Origin: Geodermatophilus sp.
Lineage (GTDB): Bacteria; Actinomycetota; Actinomycetes; Mycobacteriales; Geodermatophilaceae
Direction of reading: 5' to 3'
DNA: 44,574 nucleotides
Assembly: GCA_035639575.1 (NCBI GenBank)
Contig: DASQXT010000457.1
Span: 1-44,574, forward strand
A program made the position numbers and the translations under genes. The number at the start of each line of letters is the position of its first letter. The first letter of the stretch is position 1. Under the pieces are notes generated by a model, which made no database searches, had not been told where the DNA came from, and saw only the letters and a list, made by a program, of their open reading frames with translations. Of this stretch, positions 12,407 through 22,044 are shown one piece after another.

Positions 12407-13660
12407 GTGCCAGCCAGCGCCGCCGTCCCCCTCGACACCGACGTCCTCGTGGTGGGTGCCGGCCCGGCGGGTGCGGCGGCCGCCGCCTGGGCCGCGCGGG
12501 CCGGGCGCGACGTCGTCCTCGCCGACGCGGCCGTCTTCCCCCGCGACAAGACCTGCGGCGACGGGCTGACCCCGCGGGCGATCGCCGAGCTCGACCTCCT
12601 GGGCCTGGGGGACTGGGCGCGCTCGCGGGCGCGCAACCGCGGCCTGCGGGCCGCCGGCTTCGGCCGGACCTGGGAGCTGCCCTGGCCCGGCGGCGAGTTC
12701 CCCGACCACGGCAGCGCGGTGCCACGCACGGAGCTCGACGCCCGCATCCGCCAGGTGGCCCTCACCGACGGCGCCGTCCCGCTGGACGGGGCGCGCGCCG
12801 TCGACGTGGAGCGGGACGGCGACCGGGTGACCGGGGTGGTGTTCGAGCTCGCCGACGACGAGACGGTCACGGTCGGCTGCCGGCGGCTGATCGTGGCCGA
12901 CGGCGTCCGCTCGCCGCTGGGCCGGGTGCTCGGCCGCGAGTGGCACCGCGACACCGCCTACGGCGTGGCCGCCCGCGGCTACGTGCGCTCCGGCCGTGCG
13001 GACGACGAGTGGATCTCCTCGCACCTGGAGCTGCGCGGCGCCGAGGGGGAGCTGCTGTCCGGCTACGGCTGGGTGTTCCCCCTGGGCGCGGCGGCCGGGC
13101 AGGTGAACATCGGCGTCGGCACGCTGGCCACCGCCCGCCGTCCCGCCGGGGTGCAGCTCAAGGCGCTGATGGAGGTCTACGCCGACGCCCGCCGGGAGGA
13201 CTGGCGGCTCGACGGGCCGGTGGAGGCGCCGGCGTCGGCACTGTTGCCGATGGGCGGCGCGGTCTCCGGGGTGGCCGGGCGCAACTGGGCGCTGGTCGGC
13301 GACGCGGCCGGGTGCGTCAACCCGCTCAACGGGGAGGGCATCGACTACGGCCTGGAGACCGGGCGCGACGTGGTCGGCCTCCTCGACGAGGAGGACTGGA
13401 CCGCCGCCTGGCCGGCGGAGCTGCGGCGGCACTACGGCGAGGCGTTCTCCATCGCCCGGCGCCTGGCCGGCCTGCTCACCGTCCCGCGCCTGCTGCCGGC
13501 CGCCGGCCCGGTCGGCATGCGCTCGCGGGCGCTGATGACGGTCGCGCTGCGGGTCATGGGCAACCTGGTCACCGACGCCGACCGCGACCTCGTCGCCCGC
13601 GCCTGGCGCACCGCCGGCCGGCTGTCCCACCGGGTGGACGAGCGCAAGCCCTTCAGCTGA
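12407..13660 (+). CDS. Geranylgeranyl reductase family FAD oxidoreductase (MenJ-like)
   Basis: VVGAGPAG, FPRDKTCGDGLTPRA, GYGWVFP and GDAAGCVNPLNGEGIDY motifs. Confidence 0.88.
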   Translation: MPASAAVPLDTDVLVVGAGPAGAAAAAWAARAGRDVVLADAAVFPRDKTCGDGLTPRAIAELDLLGLGDWARSRARNRGLRAAGFGRTWELPWPGGEFPDHGSAVPRTELDARIRQVALTDGAVPLDGARAVDVERDGDRVTGVVFELADDETVTVGCRRLIVADGVRSPLGRVLGREWHRDTAYGVAARGYVRSGRADDEWISSHLELRGAEGELLSGYGWVFPLGAAAGQVNIGVGTLATARRPAGVQLKALMEVYADARREDWRLDGPVEAPASALLPMGGAVSGVAGRNWALVGDAAGCVNPLNGEGIDYGLETGRDVVGLLDEEDWTAAWPAELRRHYGEAFSIARRLAGLLTVPRLLPAAGPVGMRSRALMTVALRVMGNLVTDADRDLVARAWRTAGRLSHRVDERKPFS

Positions 13661-13674
13661 GCCGACCGACGAGG

Positions 13675-13779
13675 GGTCACGCCGAGTGGGGCCCGGAGGG
13701 CTCCGCGCAGGTGGGACGCAGCGGCTCAACGACGGCCGGGGACGGCACCTGGCCGCGGTGCGGTCCGGAGGATCGCAGT
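13675..13779 (+). repeat. Dispersed ~105-nt structured repeat, copy 2, between convergent reductase and hemolysin III genes
   Basis: Homologous to the reverse complement of 5751-5856. Confidence 0.85.
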
Positions 13780-13786
13780 GTCATCG

Positions 13787-14599
13787 TCAGACGAAGGGGG
13801 AGTTGTACATCGCGAAGTAGACGGCGATGTAGTGGGAGATGGCGGCCACGACGGTCATCGCGTGGAAGACCTCGTGGTAGCCGAAGACGCCGGGCCAGGG
13901 GTTGGGCTTCTTGATCGCGTAGGCCACCCCGCCAAGGGTGTAGAGCACGCCACCGACGGCCAGCAGCACCAGCGACGTCACGCCGGCGATGTGCAGGATG
14001 TCGGTGAGGATGAAGACGGCGACCCAGCCCAGGCCGATGTAGAGGGGCACGCCCACCCAGCGCGGCGCGGTCGGCCAGGTGAGCTTGAGGCAGACGCCGG
14101 CCAGCGCGCCGGCCCAGACGCCGGCGAGCACCCAGTAGCCGGTGGGTTGGTCGACCGCCAGCAGCGAGAACGGCGTGTACGTGCCCGCGATGAACAGGAA
14201 GATCATCGAGTGGTCGAGCCGTTTCATGATCTTCCATCCGCGCGGTGACCAGCGGCGACGGTGGTAGAGCGCGCTGATGCCGAACAGACCGCAGATGGTC
14301 ACGCAGTAGACCGACACCGAGACGCCGGCGCGGGCACCGAGCACGAAGCCCAGCGGGACGAGCACCGCCCCGGCGACGATCGCGCCGAAGAAGGAGAACA
14401 GGTGCAGCCAGCCGCGCATCCGCGGCCGGGTGTCGGGGTGGTCCCAGTCGCTGTCGCCGAAGTCCTCGGCGGTCCAGGCCCGTTCGACCTGTTCGCCCTC
14501 CCGGAGGACGGTGGCCACCGCCGGGCCGGGAGGCGCCTCGATCTGGGCGCCGTCGGCCTCGATGCGGACGGTCTCGCCCTCGCTGTTGGGCACGCTCAT
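13787..14599 (-). CDS. Hemolysin III / PAQR family membrane protein
   Basis: PRMRGWLH, SALYHR, KRLDHSMIFLFIAGTYTP and FGYHEVFH motifs, with multiple TM segments. Confidence 0.92.
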   Translation of the reverse strand: MSVPNSEGETVRIEADGAQIEAPPGPAVATVLREGEQVERAWTAEDFGDSDWDHPDTRPRMRGWLHLFSFFGAIVAGAVLVPLGFVLGARAGVSVSVYCVTICGLFGISALYHRRRWSPRGWKIMKRLDHSMIFLFIAGTYTPFSLLAVDQPTGYWVLAGVWAGALAGVCLKLTWPTAPRWVGVPLYIGLGWVAVFILTDILHIAGVTSLVLLAVGGVLYTLGGVAYAIKKPNPWPGVFGYHEVFHAMTVVAAISHYIAVYFAMYNSPFV

Positions 14600-14733
14600 G
14601 GCCCGAGGTTACGGCCGCGTAGGGAGGGCGGCGACGGGACCGGGGTGTGAGGTCCCCGGCAGTTCCCGCGGCCTTCGTGCAGGTCGGGAACGGGTGCGCG
14701 CCACCTCGCGGAGTGGGCCTAGTGTGACCCACC

Positions 14734-15513
14734 GTGGGGGTGCGGCAGTGGGCACGCGACGTCCTCACCCAGGTGTACGAACGCCGGCTGGCCCGGGCGC
14801 TCGAGGGCGCGGCGATCCCGCGACACGTCGGGGTGATCGTCGACGGCAACCGGCGGTGGGCGCGGGCCATCGGCCTGGAGGACCCCAACGCCGGCCACCG
14901 CCGCGGCGCGGACAAGATCGCCGACTTCCTCGGCTGGTGCGACGAGGCCGGCGTCGAGGTGGTCACCCTCTTCCTGCTCTCCACCGACAACCTGTCCCGC
15001 CCCGAGCCCGAGCTGGTGCCGCTGCTGCGGATCATCGAGGGCGTCGCCGAGGACCTCGCCACCCCGGACCGGCGCTGGCAGCTGCGCCCGGTGGGTGCCC
15101 TGGAGCTGCTGCCCGCCGAGACCGTCGCCGTCCTCAAGCAGGCCGCCGAGGACACCCGCGACCGGCCGGGCGCGACGGTCAACCTCGCCGTCGGCTACGG
15201 GGGACGGCGGGAGATCGCCGACGCCGTCCGCTCGCTGCTGGCCGAGCACGCCGAGCGGGGGACGACGCTGGACGAGCTGGTGAGCGTGCTGGACGTCGAG
15301 CACATCGCCGAGCACCTCTACACCCGCGGCCAGCCCGACCCCGACCTGGTCATCCGCACCAGCGGGGAGCAGCGCCTCTCGGGTTTCCTGCTCTGGCAGA
15401 CCGCGCACTCGGAGTTCCACTTCACCGACGTCTACTGGCCCGACTTCCGCCGGGTCGACTTCCTGCGGGCGCTGCGCGCCTACGCCGCCCGGCACCGGCG
15501 CTTCGGCGGCTGA
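14734..15513 (+). CDS. cis-isoprenyl diphosphate synthase (UppS family, Rv1086-like)
   Basis: PRHVGVIVDGNRRWA, STDNLSRP, YGGRREI and DLVIRTSGEQRLSGFLLWQ motifs. Confidence 0.92.
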   Translation: MGVRQWARDVLTQVYERRLARALEGAAIPRHVGVIVDGNRRWARAIGLEDPNAGHRRGADKIADFLGWCDEAGVEVVTLFLLSTDNLSRPEPELVPLLRIIEGVAEDLATPDRRWQLRPVGALELLPAETVAVLKQAAEDTRDRPGATVNLAVGYGGRREIADAVRSLLAEHAERGTTLDELVSVLDVEHIAEHLYTRGQPDPDLVIRTSGEQRLSGFLLWQTAHSEFHFTDVYWPDFRRVDFLRALRAYAARHRRFGG

Positions 15514-15526
15514 GAAACTGCTGGTC

Positions 15527-16741
15527 ATGGCCTCCGTCCTCGACATCCCCCTGGAGTACGTGCGGCTCGGGCTGCGCTTCGACCGGCTCGAGCGCGGCTT
15601 CGTCGACGCGTACACCGGCGACAAGCGGGTCCGCGCCGCGGTGGAGGACGAGCCGGCACCCACCCCGCAGGGGCTGCGTGACCAGGCCCGCGGGCTGCTG
15701 ACCGAGCTGACGTCGGCCGACCTGCCGGCCGACCGCGCCGGGTTCCTCCGCGGGCAGCTCACCGCCCTGGAGTGCAGCGCCCGCACGATGGCGGGTGAGC
15801 CGGTGCCCTTCCTCGACGAGGTGCGCAGCTACTTCCAGGTCGACCTCACCCTCGGCGACCCGGCCGCCTACGCCGCCGCGCACGCCGAACTCGACGCGCT
15901 GCTGCCCGGCAGTGGCCCGCTCGCCGAGCGTTACGCCGCGCACCGGCGCCGCGAGGAGTGCCCGCCGGAGCGGCTGGCGGAGGCGGTGCACGCCCTGTCC
16001 AGCGCGCTGCGCGACCGAGTGCGCGCCGACTACGGGCTGCCCGAGGTGGAGACGGTGCGCTACGAGGTGGTCACCGACCAGCCGTGGTCGGGCTTCAACT
16101 ACTACGAGGGCGACTACCGCTCCCGCGTGGCGATCAACGCCGACCTGCCGCACCGGCTGGGCCAGCTGCCGCACCTCGTGGCGCACGAGGCCTATCCGGG
16201 GCACCACACCGAGCACTGCCGCAAGGAGCTGGGCCTGGTCGAGCGCGGCTCGCGGCTGGAGCACACCGTCTTCCTGGTCAACACCCCGGAGTGCCTCATG
16301 GCCGAGGGGCTGGCCGACCTCGGCGTGCAGGCCGCGATCGGCGACGGCTGGGGCCCCTGGGCGGCCGAGGTGCTCGGCGACCTCGGGCTGCACTTCGACG
16401 GGCACCTCGCCGAGCGGGTCGCCGCGGCGGCCGCGCCGCTGAACCGGGTGCGCCAGGACGCCGCCGTCCTGCTGCACGACCGCGGCGCCCCGACCGACGA
16501 GGTGGCCGCCTTCATCCAGCGCTGGTCGCTGGTCAACGGGGACCGGGCCCGCCAGCAGCTGCGCTTCCTCACCCACCCGCTGTGGCGGGCCTACACGACC
16601 ACCTACGTCGAGGGCTTCGACCTGCTCTCGCGGTGGCTGGACGCCCGCCCGGCCGACCAGCCGGTGGCCGACCGCTTCGTCCGCCTGCTCGACGAGCCCC
16701 TCACCCCGGCCGCCGTCGCCGGCGAGCTGCGGGCGGGCTGA
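15527..16741 (+). CDS. DUF885-like putative metalloprotein
   Basis: AHEAYPGHH motif with downstream EGLAD. GC3-rich reading frame. Confidence 0.75.
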   Translation: MASVLDIPLEYVRLGLRFDRLERGFVDAYTGDKRVRAAVEDEPAPTPQGLRDQARGLLTELTSADLPADRAGFLRGQLTALECSARTMAGEPVPFLDEVRSYFQVDLTLGDPAAYAAAHAELDALLPGSGPLAERYAAHRRREECPPERLAEAVHALSSALRDRVRADYGLPEVETVRYEVVTDQPWSGFNYYEGDYRSRVAINADLPHRLGQLPHLVAHEAYPGHHTEHCRKELGLVERGSRLEHTVFLVNTPECLMAEGLADLGVQAAIGDGWGPWAAEVLGDLGLHFDGHLAERVAAAAAPLNRVRQDAAVLLHDRGAPTDEVAAFIQRWSLVNGDRARQQLRFLTHPLWRAYTTTYVEGFDLLSRWLDARPADQPVADRFVRLLDEPLTPAAVAGELRAG

Positions 16742-16756
16742 GCAGGCGGGCGGGAC

Positions 16757-16948
16757 GTGGCGGGGGGTGACGTGGCGCGGCACAGCCCGGAGGAGGCCCG
16801 GGACCTGGGCCTGTGGACGGCGGGCTGGCTGGCCGTGCTGCTGGTCGGCGGGCTGTGGTGGCTGGGCGACCTGCGCGTCCAGTGGCCGGTCCTGCTGGTG
16901 CCGCTGGCGTGGGTGCTGGTCGCCCTGCGGCCGCGCCGTCCTCGCTGA
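16757..16948 (+). CDS. Small two-TM membrane protein (hypothetical; start uncertain)
   Basis: Trp/Leu-rich hydrophobic ORF with a basic C-terminus, filling the gap before the phoH2 promoter. Confidence 0.5.
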   Translation: MAGGDVARHSPEEARDLGLWTAGWLAVLLVGGLWWLGDLRVQWPVLLVPLAWVLVALRPRRPR

Positions 16949-17180
16949 GGCGGCCGGGACCGGTGGTGCCCCGAAGGGGGGACACGCCGCCTGTTCGACA
17001 TGTTCCTGTCACCTCCCGGGCCTAACGTCCGCAGTGGAGGGCGAGCTCACCTCGCCGTCCACGGGAGGCCCGGTTGGTGCTGACGAACTCGTCGACCAGG
17101 GGGGCCGGCACCCGGCCCCCCGGCCGGGGCCCGGCCACCTTCGAGCCGGGGCGCGTGCCGCGCCCCCACGGGAGTCGACC

Positions 17181-18479
17181 GTGACCACTCACCGCCGCAC
17201 GTTCGTCCTGGACACCTCCGTCCTGCTCTCCGACCCCGGTGCGCTGCTGCGCATGGGCGCCCACGACGTGGTCCTCCCGCTCGTCGTCATCGGGGAGCTG
17301 GAGGACAAGCGCAACCACCCGGAGCTGGGCTGGTTCGCCCGGCAGGCGCTGCGGCTGCTCGACGACCTGCGGGTGCGGCACGGCCGGCTCGACGCCCCGG
17401 TGCCGGTCGGCGAGGACGGCGGCACGCTGCACGTCGAGCTCAACCACAGCGACCCGTCGGTGCTGCCGGCCGGCTTCCGCAACGACAGCAACGACAGCCG
17501 GATCATGGTCGTGGCGCTGAACCTGCGCGCCGAGGGCCAGGACGTCTGTCTCATCACCAAGGACGTGCCGCTGCGGGTCAAGGCGGCGGCGGTGGGGCTG
17601 GACACCGACGACTACCGGGCGCTGGACGCCGTCGACGCCGGCTGGACCGGGATGGCCGAGCTCTCCCTCGACGACGCCGAGCTCACCGCTCTGTACGACG
17701 CGGGCGAGGCGTACGTGCCGGCCGCCGCCGAGCTGCCCGCGCACACCGGGCTGGTGCTGCTGTCCTCCCGCGGGTCGGCGCTGGGGAGGGTGACGCCGGA
17801 CAAGCACGTGCGGCTGGTGCGTGGCGACCGCGAGGCCTTCGGGCTGCACGGCCGCTCCGCGGAGCAGCGGATCGCGCTGGACCTGCTGCTCGACCCGGAG
17901 ATCGGCATCGTCTCCCTCGGCGGCCGGGCCGGCACCGGCAAGTCGGCGCTGGCGCTGTGCGCGGGCCTGGAGTCGGTGATGGAGCGGCGCGCGCACGCGA
18001 AGGTCGTCGTCTTCCGGCCGCTCTACGCCGTCGGCGGCCAGGAGCTCGGGTACCTGCTGGGCAGCGAGGGCGACAAGATGTCGCCCTGGGCGCAGGCGGT
18101 CTACGACACCCTCGGCGCGCTGGTCTCCAAGGACGTGCTCGACGAGATCGCCTCGCGCGACCTCATCGAGGTGCTGCCGCTGACCCACATCCGCGGGCGG
18201 TCGCTGCACGACTCCTTCGTCATCGTGGACGAGGCGCAGTCCCTTGAGCGCGGGGTGCTGCTCACCGTGCTGTCGCGGCTGGGTTCGGGGTCGCGGGTGG
18301 TGCTCACCCACGACGTCGCCCAGCGCGACAACCTGCGGGTCGGCCGGCACGACGGCGTCGCCGCGGTGGTCGAGCAGCTCAAGGGCCACCCGCTGTTCGC
18401 GCACGTGACGCTGACCCGCTCCGAGCGCTCGCCGATCGCCGCGCTGGTCACCGAGATGCTGGAGGACCTCCCGCGCTGA
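17181..18479 (+). CDS. phoH2: PhoH2: PIN domain fused to a PhoH ATPase/helicase
   Basis: [15 protein letters not shown] motif, Walker [16 protein letters not shown] and IVDEAQ motifs. Confidence 0.92.
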   Translation: MTTHRRTFVLDTSVLLSDPGALLRMGAHDVVLPLVVIGELEDKRNHPELGWFARQALRLLDDLRVRHGRLDAPVPVGEDGGTLHVELNHSDPSVLPAGFRNDSNDSRIMVVALNLRAEGQDVCLITKDVPLRVKAAAVGLDTDDYRALDAVDAGWTGMAELSLDDAELTALYDAGEAYVPAAAELPAHTGLVLLSSRGSALGRVTPDKHVRLVRGDREAFGLHGRSAEQRIALDLLLDPEIGIVSLGGRAGTGKSALALCAGLESVMERRAHAKVVVFRPLYAVGGQELGYLLGSEGDKMSPWAQAVYDTLGALVSKDVLDEIASRDLIEVLPLTHIRGRSLHDSFVIVDEAQSLERGVLLTVLSRLGSGSRVVLTHDVAQRDNLRVGRHDGVAAVVEQLKGHPLFAHVTLTRSERSPIAALVTEMLEDLPR

Positions 18480-18486
18480 CCCGCGG

Positions 18487-18560
18487 CCGCTCTTGCGGTG
18501 TTCGCCCTGCTCCTGCACTGCTGCACCGCCGCAGGAGAGTGCGGAACACCGCAAGAGCGG
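18487..18560. repeat. Long palindrome between convergent phoH2 and the AbiEi-like gene (REP-like, possible bidirectional terminator)
   Basis: Perfect 17-bp arms CCGCTCTTGCGGTGTTC (18487-18503) / GAACACCGCAAGAGCGG (18544-18560), with an inner CTCCTGC/GCAGGAG stem. Confidence 0.85.
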
Positions 18561-18561
18561 G

Positions 18562-19485
18562 TCAGCGCGAGCGTCGTCCGCGGGCGAGGGCCCGCCGGAG
18601 GCGGTCGGCGACCACGGCGGGCGTGGACAGGTCTGCCCACGTCCAGCGAGCCATCTGCCAGCCGAGGTCGCGCATCTCGTCCTCGCGCACCTTCTCGACG
18701 AAGACCACGTCTGCTGGGCTGCGGCCGGACGGCGCATTCGCTCCGTACTTCACCCGGCCGTCGAACTCGCCGAGCGTGCCGAGGTCCTCCCAGCCGAAGT
18801 CGCAGCGACCGATCAGGCTGCCGTCAGGCCGCCGCACGCGGTACTGCAGCGCCGGCGCAGGGAGGCCGAGCCGGTGGAGGAGGACCCGGCTCCGGCTCTC
18901 GCCGACGCTTTCGCTGTCTCCATCGGCGAAGGCCAGTACGCGGGCTGCTCGCCGGGAACCGGGGACCGGTCCCATCGTCTCCAGACAGCCGGTCAGGGAC
19001 CCGGGCGACGTCAGCCCCCAAGCGAGTGCGGCGTCGGCCGCGACGACGGCGGACTCGAAGGGCAGCGTGCGCGCCAGGTCGACGACCGTGCGCGTCGCAT
19101 CGGTCGTCAGGACGCCGTCGACGGTGGTCAACTGCTCGTCGGGCAGGCGGGCGACGTGCAGGTGCACGCGTGAGCTGCCGCTGCCCGCGGCGGGCGGGTT
19201 CCTGGTGAGGTGCACGCGTTGGGACGAAGCCGCCCAGAGCGGGAGGCCGTGGAGGACTGCGGCTGACACGTGGCTCACCACGCCCGGACGTCGCAGCTCG
19301 GCGACGGTGGCCAGCACGACGGCCCGGTGCCCGGTGAGGCTCGAGCCGGGCGCCAGATAGGAGCCGCGCTGCAGTCGGCGCAGCTCACCGCGGCGCACCA
19401 TCCGCGCCAGCTCGCCGTCCGACAAGCCCTGGGCGAGGGCGTCGACGCGGCGCAGGGGACCGGTGACTCCGGAGATCTCGCTCAC
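18562..19485 (-). CDS. AbiEi-like wHTH protein with a C-terminal DUF559/Vsr-like nuclease fold (Rv1482c/Rv3517-like family)
   Basis: GELRRLQRGSY, VVSHVSAAVLHGLP, TRTVVDLAR, SESVGESRSR, RCDFGW...EFDGRVKY and EKVREDEMRDLGW..RWTW motifs. Confidence 0.78.
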   Translation of the reverse strand: MSEISGVTGPLRRVDALAQGLSDGELARMVRRGELRRLQRGSYLAPGSSLTGHRAVVLATVAELRRPGVVSHVSAAVLHGLPLWAASSQRVHLTRNPPAAGSGSSRVHLHVARLPDEQLTTVDGVLTTDATRTVVDLARTLPFESAVVAADAALAWGLTSPGSLTGCLETMGPVPGSRRAARVLAFADGDSESVGESRSRVLLHRLGLPAPALQYRVRRPDGSLIGRCDFGWEDLGTLGEFDGRVKYGANAPSGRSPADVVFVEKVREDEMRDLGWQMARWTWADLSTPAVVADRLRRALARGRRSR

Positions 19486-19572
19486 TCACGGGAGCCTGGA
19501 TGCGCGGGCGGCAGTCCGGGGCGACTGGCACGGATCTGTGGACAGCCCGCGGCAGTCTTGCGGGGCTTCCCA

Positions 19573-19624
19573 CGCCCTTGCGGCGTTGCACGGGCGCAGA
19601 GTCGCGCACAACGCCGCAAGAGCG
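19573..19624. repeat. Palindrome related to 18487-18560, upstream of the AbiEi-like gene
   Basis: CTTGCGGCGTTG (19577-19588) / CAACGCCGCAAG (19609-19620). Shares the CCGCAAGAGCG end with the left palindrome. Confidence 0.8.
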
Positions 19625-19630
19625 ACCGGG

Positions 19631-19852
19631 TCAGGACGCCGCGGTGTCGGCGTCCTCGTCGGCGGAGGGAGCCGACGGGCGGGGGGTGGCGGCCCAGCGC
19701 AGCAGCGCCACCACACCCCAGCCCGCGGCCAGGCACCACGGCAGCCGGGTGACGACGTCGTGCACGCCCAGGTCGCCGCGCAGACCGAGGGCGAGCAGCG
19801 GCAGGGCCAGGAGGAAGGACACCGCCAGCACGTCCCAGCGCAGCGGGCTCAT
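19631..19852 (-). CDS. Small two-TM protein, last gene of the flagellar operon
   Basis: ATGA overlap with the flhF-like stop. MSPLRWDVLAVSFLLALPLLAL...LPWCLAAGWGVVALLRW. Confidence 0.65.
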   Translation of the reverse strand: MSPLRWDVLAVSFLLALPLLALGLRGDLGVHDVVTRLPWCLAAGWGVVALLRWAATPRPSAPSADEDADTAAS

Positions 19853-22044
19853 GCCCCCGAGCTCTCCAGCCGCTCGCAGAGCAGCGAGGCCCAGCGGTGG
19901 GCGGTGGCCCGCGCACCGTCGAGGAGGGCCACGGGGGTGGAGGTGCGGCTGAGCACCGCGGCGGGGTCGGCGGTCAGGTCGGTGTCCTGGACCATGAGCG
20001 CGTCCACGCGGGGCAGCGCGTCCAGCCACGGGCCGACGTCCTCGGGCTTGCGGGTGGCCTCGACGACCGCCCACACCCCGGCCGGCGCGAAGACCGCGAC
20101 CATCTGCTCCAGCCAGGCACCGCCACCGGCGCGCAGCGGGACGTCGACGGCGACGATCGTGAGCGCGCTCGACCGGTCGGCCTCCTGCTTGCGCTCGAGG
20201 GCCGTGTCGATGCTGGTGATCCGGTTGCTGCGCGGGGCCAGCGCGGCCAGATCACCGCGGGAGGCCCACTGCAGCTGCTCGCCGTCCAGCCGCATCGAGG
20301 CGGCCAGGGAGCGGGCGGCGGCGAGGGTCTCCACGCCCGGGCCGACCACCAGCAGCACCTCGCCGGCTCCGGAGGGCAGCGCGGGAGCGGCCGGCAGGCC
20401 GGCGGCCAGCGCGCGGGTCAGCGCGGCGTAGGCGCCGAGCCGGGCGACCTCCACGGCGAAGTCCTCGCCGAGCAGCCGCTCGGGCACGCCGAGCTCCAGC
20501 AGCTGCAGGATCAGGGCGTCCTCGGCGGCACCTGCCACGGGTCCGCCGCTGGTGCCGCCGGACGTCGACCGGCCGCGGACCGAGGGCACCACCATCGGCG
20601 CGGACCGGCGCCAGGCGGCGGCGCGCTTGTCCACCGGCAGCCGGGTCACGGTGGCCAGGCGGGAATCCGCGGACGGCGCCGACACCCGGGCGACCGACTG
20701 CCCCGGGGCGCGGCCGATCGCCGGCGGCACGGGCGGGCGGCCCAGCAGCGGCGGGACGGCGAGCGCGGTGCCGGGCGCCGGCGGCGGCAGCAGCGACAGC
20801 GGCGGCAGGATCGTGGTGGCGTCGGCGGGCAGCGGCAGCGGAGCCGGGTCGCTGGCGGTCGCGGCGAGGACCTCGGCCTCCACCTCCCACTCGTCGGCCT
20901 CGGCGGTCGCGTCGACCCACACCGGGATCTCGGCGGTGTGCGCGCAGGGGTCGGCCTCGGCCCACGCGTCGTCGTCCGCGGCGGCGTCGTGCTCGGCCGG
21001 GGAGCCGGCGAGCACCCCGCGCAGCAGCTGGGTCAGCGCCGCGTCGGACGTGTCGTGCGCCAGGGCGGCCCGCAGCACCTCGGCGATCGCCTCCTCGCGG
21101 GAGGTGATCGGCCCGGTGCTGAAGTCCGGCTCGTGCACCCACTCGGGCACGGGGACCGACTCGGCCTGCGGCGCCGGGACCCGGACCGGCACGGGCACCG
21201 GCGGGAGGACGGCGGCGACCGGCTCCGGTGCAGGCGCAGGCACGGGGGCCGGGGGGACGGCGGCAGCCGGCCGCGGAGCGGGGGTGGGCGCGGGAGCCGA
21301 GCCCCAGAGGATGTCGAGCCCCGCGTCGTCGTCCTCGTCGTCGAGGTCGACGGCCGCAGCGGGGGCGGCGACGGGTGCCGGATCCGGGGCGGCCACCGGT
21401 GCGGCAGCCGCGGGAGCGGGAGCAGCCACCGGAGCAGCAGGCGGAGCCATCGGGGCAGCGGCGCGCGCCGGAGCGGGCGCGGCGGCGGCGATCGCCTCGT
21501 CCACGGCCTCGCGCACCTCGAGGTCCCGGGCCACCATCTGCGCCAGCGCGGCGGTGAACGGCGACGGCGGCAGCGGCGCGTCGTCCACCACGGGCGCAGC
21601 CGGTGCCGGGGCCGGTGCGGCTGCCGGCGCCGGCGGGGCAGCGGGAGCCGCGGCCGGGGTCGTGCGGGAGCCGCGGGGAGCGGCCGGACGGGCGGTGCGC
21701 GGTGCGGAGGTCCGCGAGTACAGCCCCACCGAGGGCTGGCCGTCGCCGCCACCGCCGAGCAGGTCGGCGACCTCGTCGACCGGGTCGGGCAGCACCGGGT
21801 CGCGGCGCAGCGCGGCCTCGATGCGGGCCATCGACTCGGCCTTGGACGCCGGCCGGCGCTCGACGACGGGCGGCGGGGCGATCTCCTCCACCTCGGCGAC
21901 GAAGCGCTCGGTGGTGAAGAAGCCCATCACCCCACCGGTGCGGATGCGGCGGATGCCGACGATCCGGACGGACGAGCCGTACTTCTCCCGCGCTGCGGCG
22001 ATGGCGCCCTCGCGGGAGGCGGCCTCAACGGACGGCAACGGCAC
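19849..22044 (-). CDS. FlhF-like protein with a long Pro/Ala linker and a degenerate GTPase domain
   Basis: Position after flhA. N-terminal AIAAAREKYGSSVRIVGIRRIRTGGVMGFF resembles the FlhF B domain. The C-terminal alpha/beta domain lacks GKT. Confidence 0.65.
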   Translation of the reverse strand: MPLPSVEAASREGAIAAAREKYGSSVRIVGIRRIRTGGVMGFFTTERFVAEVEEIAPPPVVERRPASKAESMARIEAALRRDPVLPDPVDEVADLLGGGGDGQPSVGLYSRTSAPRTARPAAPRGSRTTPAAAPAAPPAPAAAPAPAPAAPVVDDAPLPPSPFTAALAQMVARDLEVREAVDEAIAAAAPAPARAAAPMAPPAAPVAAPAPAAAAPVAAPDPAPVAAPAAAVDLDDEDDDAGLDILWGSAPAPTPAPRPAAAVPPAPVPAPAPEPVAAVLPPVPVPVRVPAPQAESVPVPEWVHEPDFSTGPITSREEAIAEVLRAALAHDTSDAALTQLLRGVLAGSPAEHDAAADDDAWAEADPCAHTAEIPVWVDATAEADEWEVEAEVLAATASDPAPLPLPADATTILPPLSLLPPPAPGTALAVPPLLGRPPVPPAIGRAPGQSVARVSAPSADSRLATVTRLPVDKRAAAWRRSAPMVVPSVRGRSTSGGTSGGPVAGAAEDALILQLLELGVPERLLGEDFAVEVARLGAYAALTRALAAGLPAAPALPSGAGEVLLVVGPGVETLAAARSLAASMRLDGEQLQWASRGDLAALAPRSNRITSIDTALERKQEADRSSALTIVAVDVPLRAGGGAWLEQMVAVFAPAGVWAVVEATRKPEDVGPWLDALPRVDALMVQDTDLTADPAAVLSRTSTPVALLDGARATAHRWASLLCERLESSGA

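Noticed and set aside
18562-19485. A complete type IV AbiE toxin-antitoxin system or an IS element
   Set aside because: There is no adjacent AbiEii nucleotidyltransferase and no DDE, HUH or recombinase motif. It is kept only as a candidate cassette.
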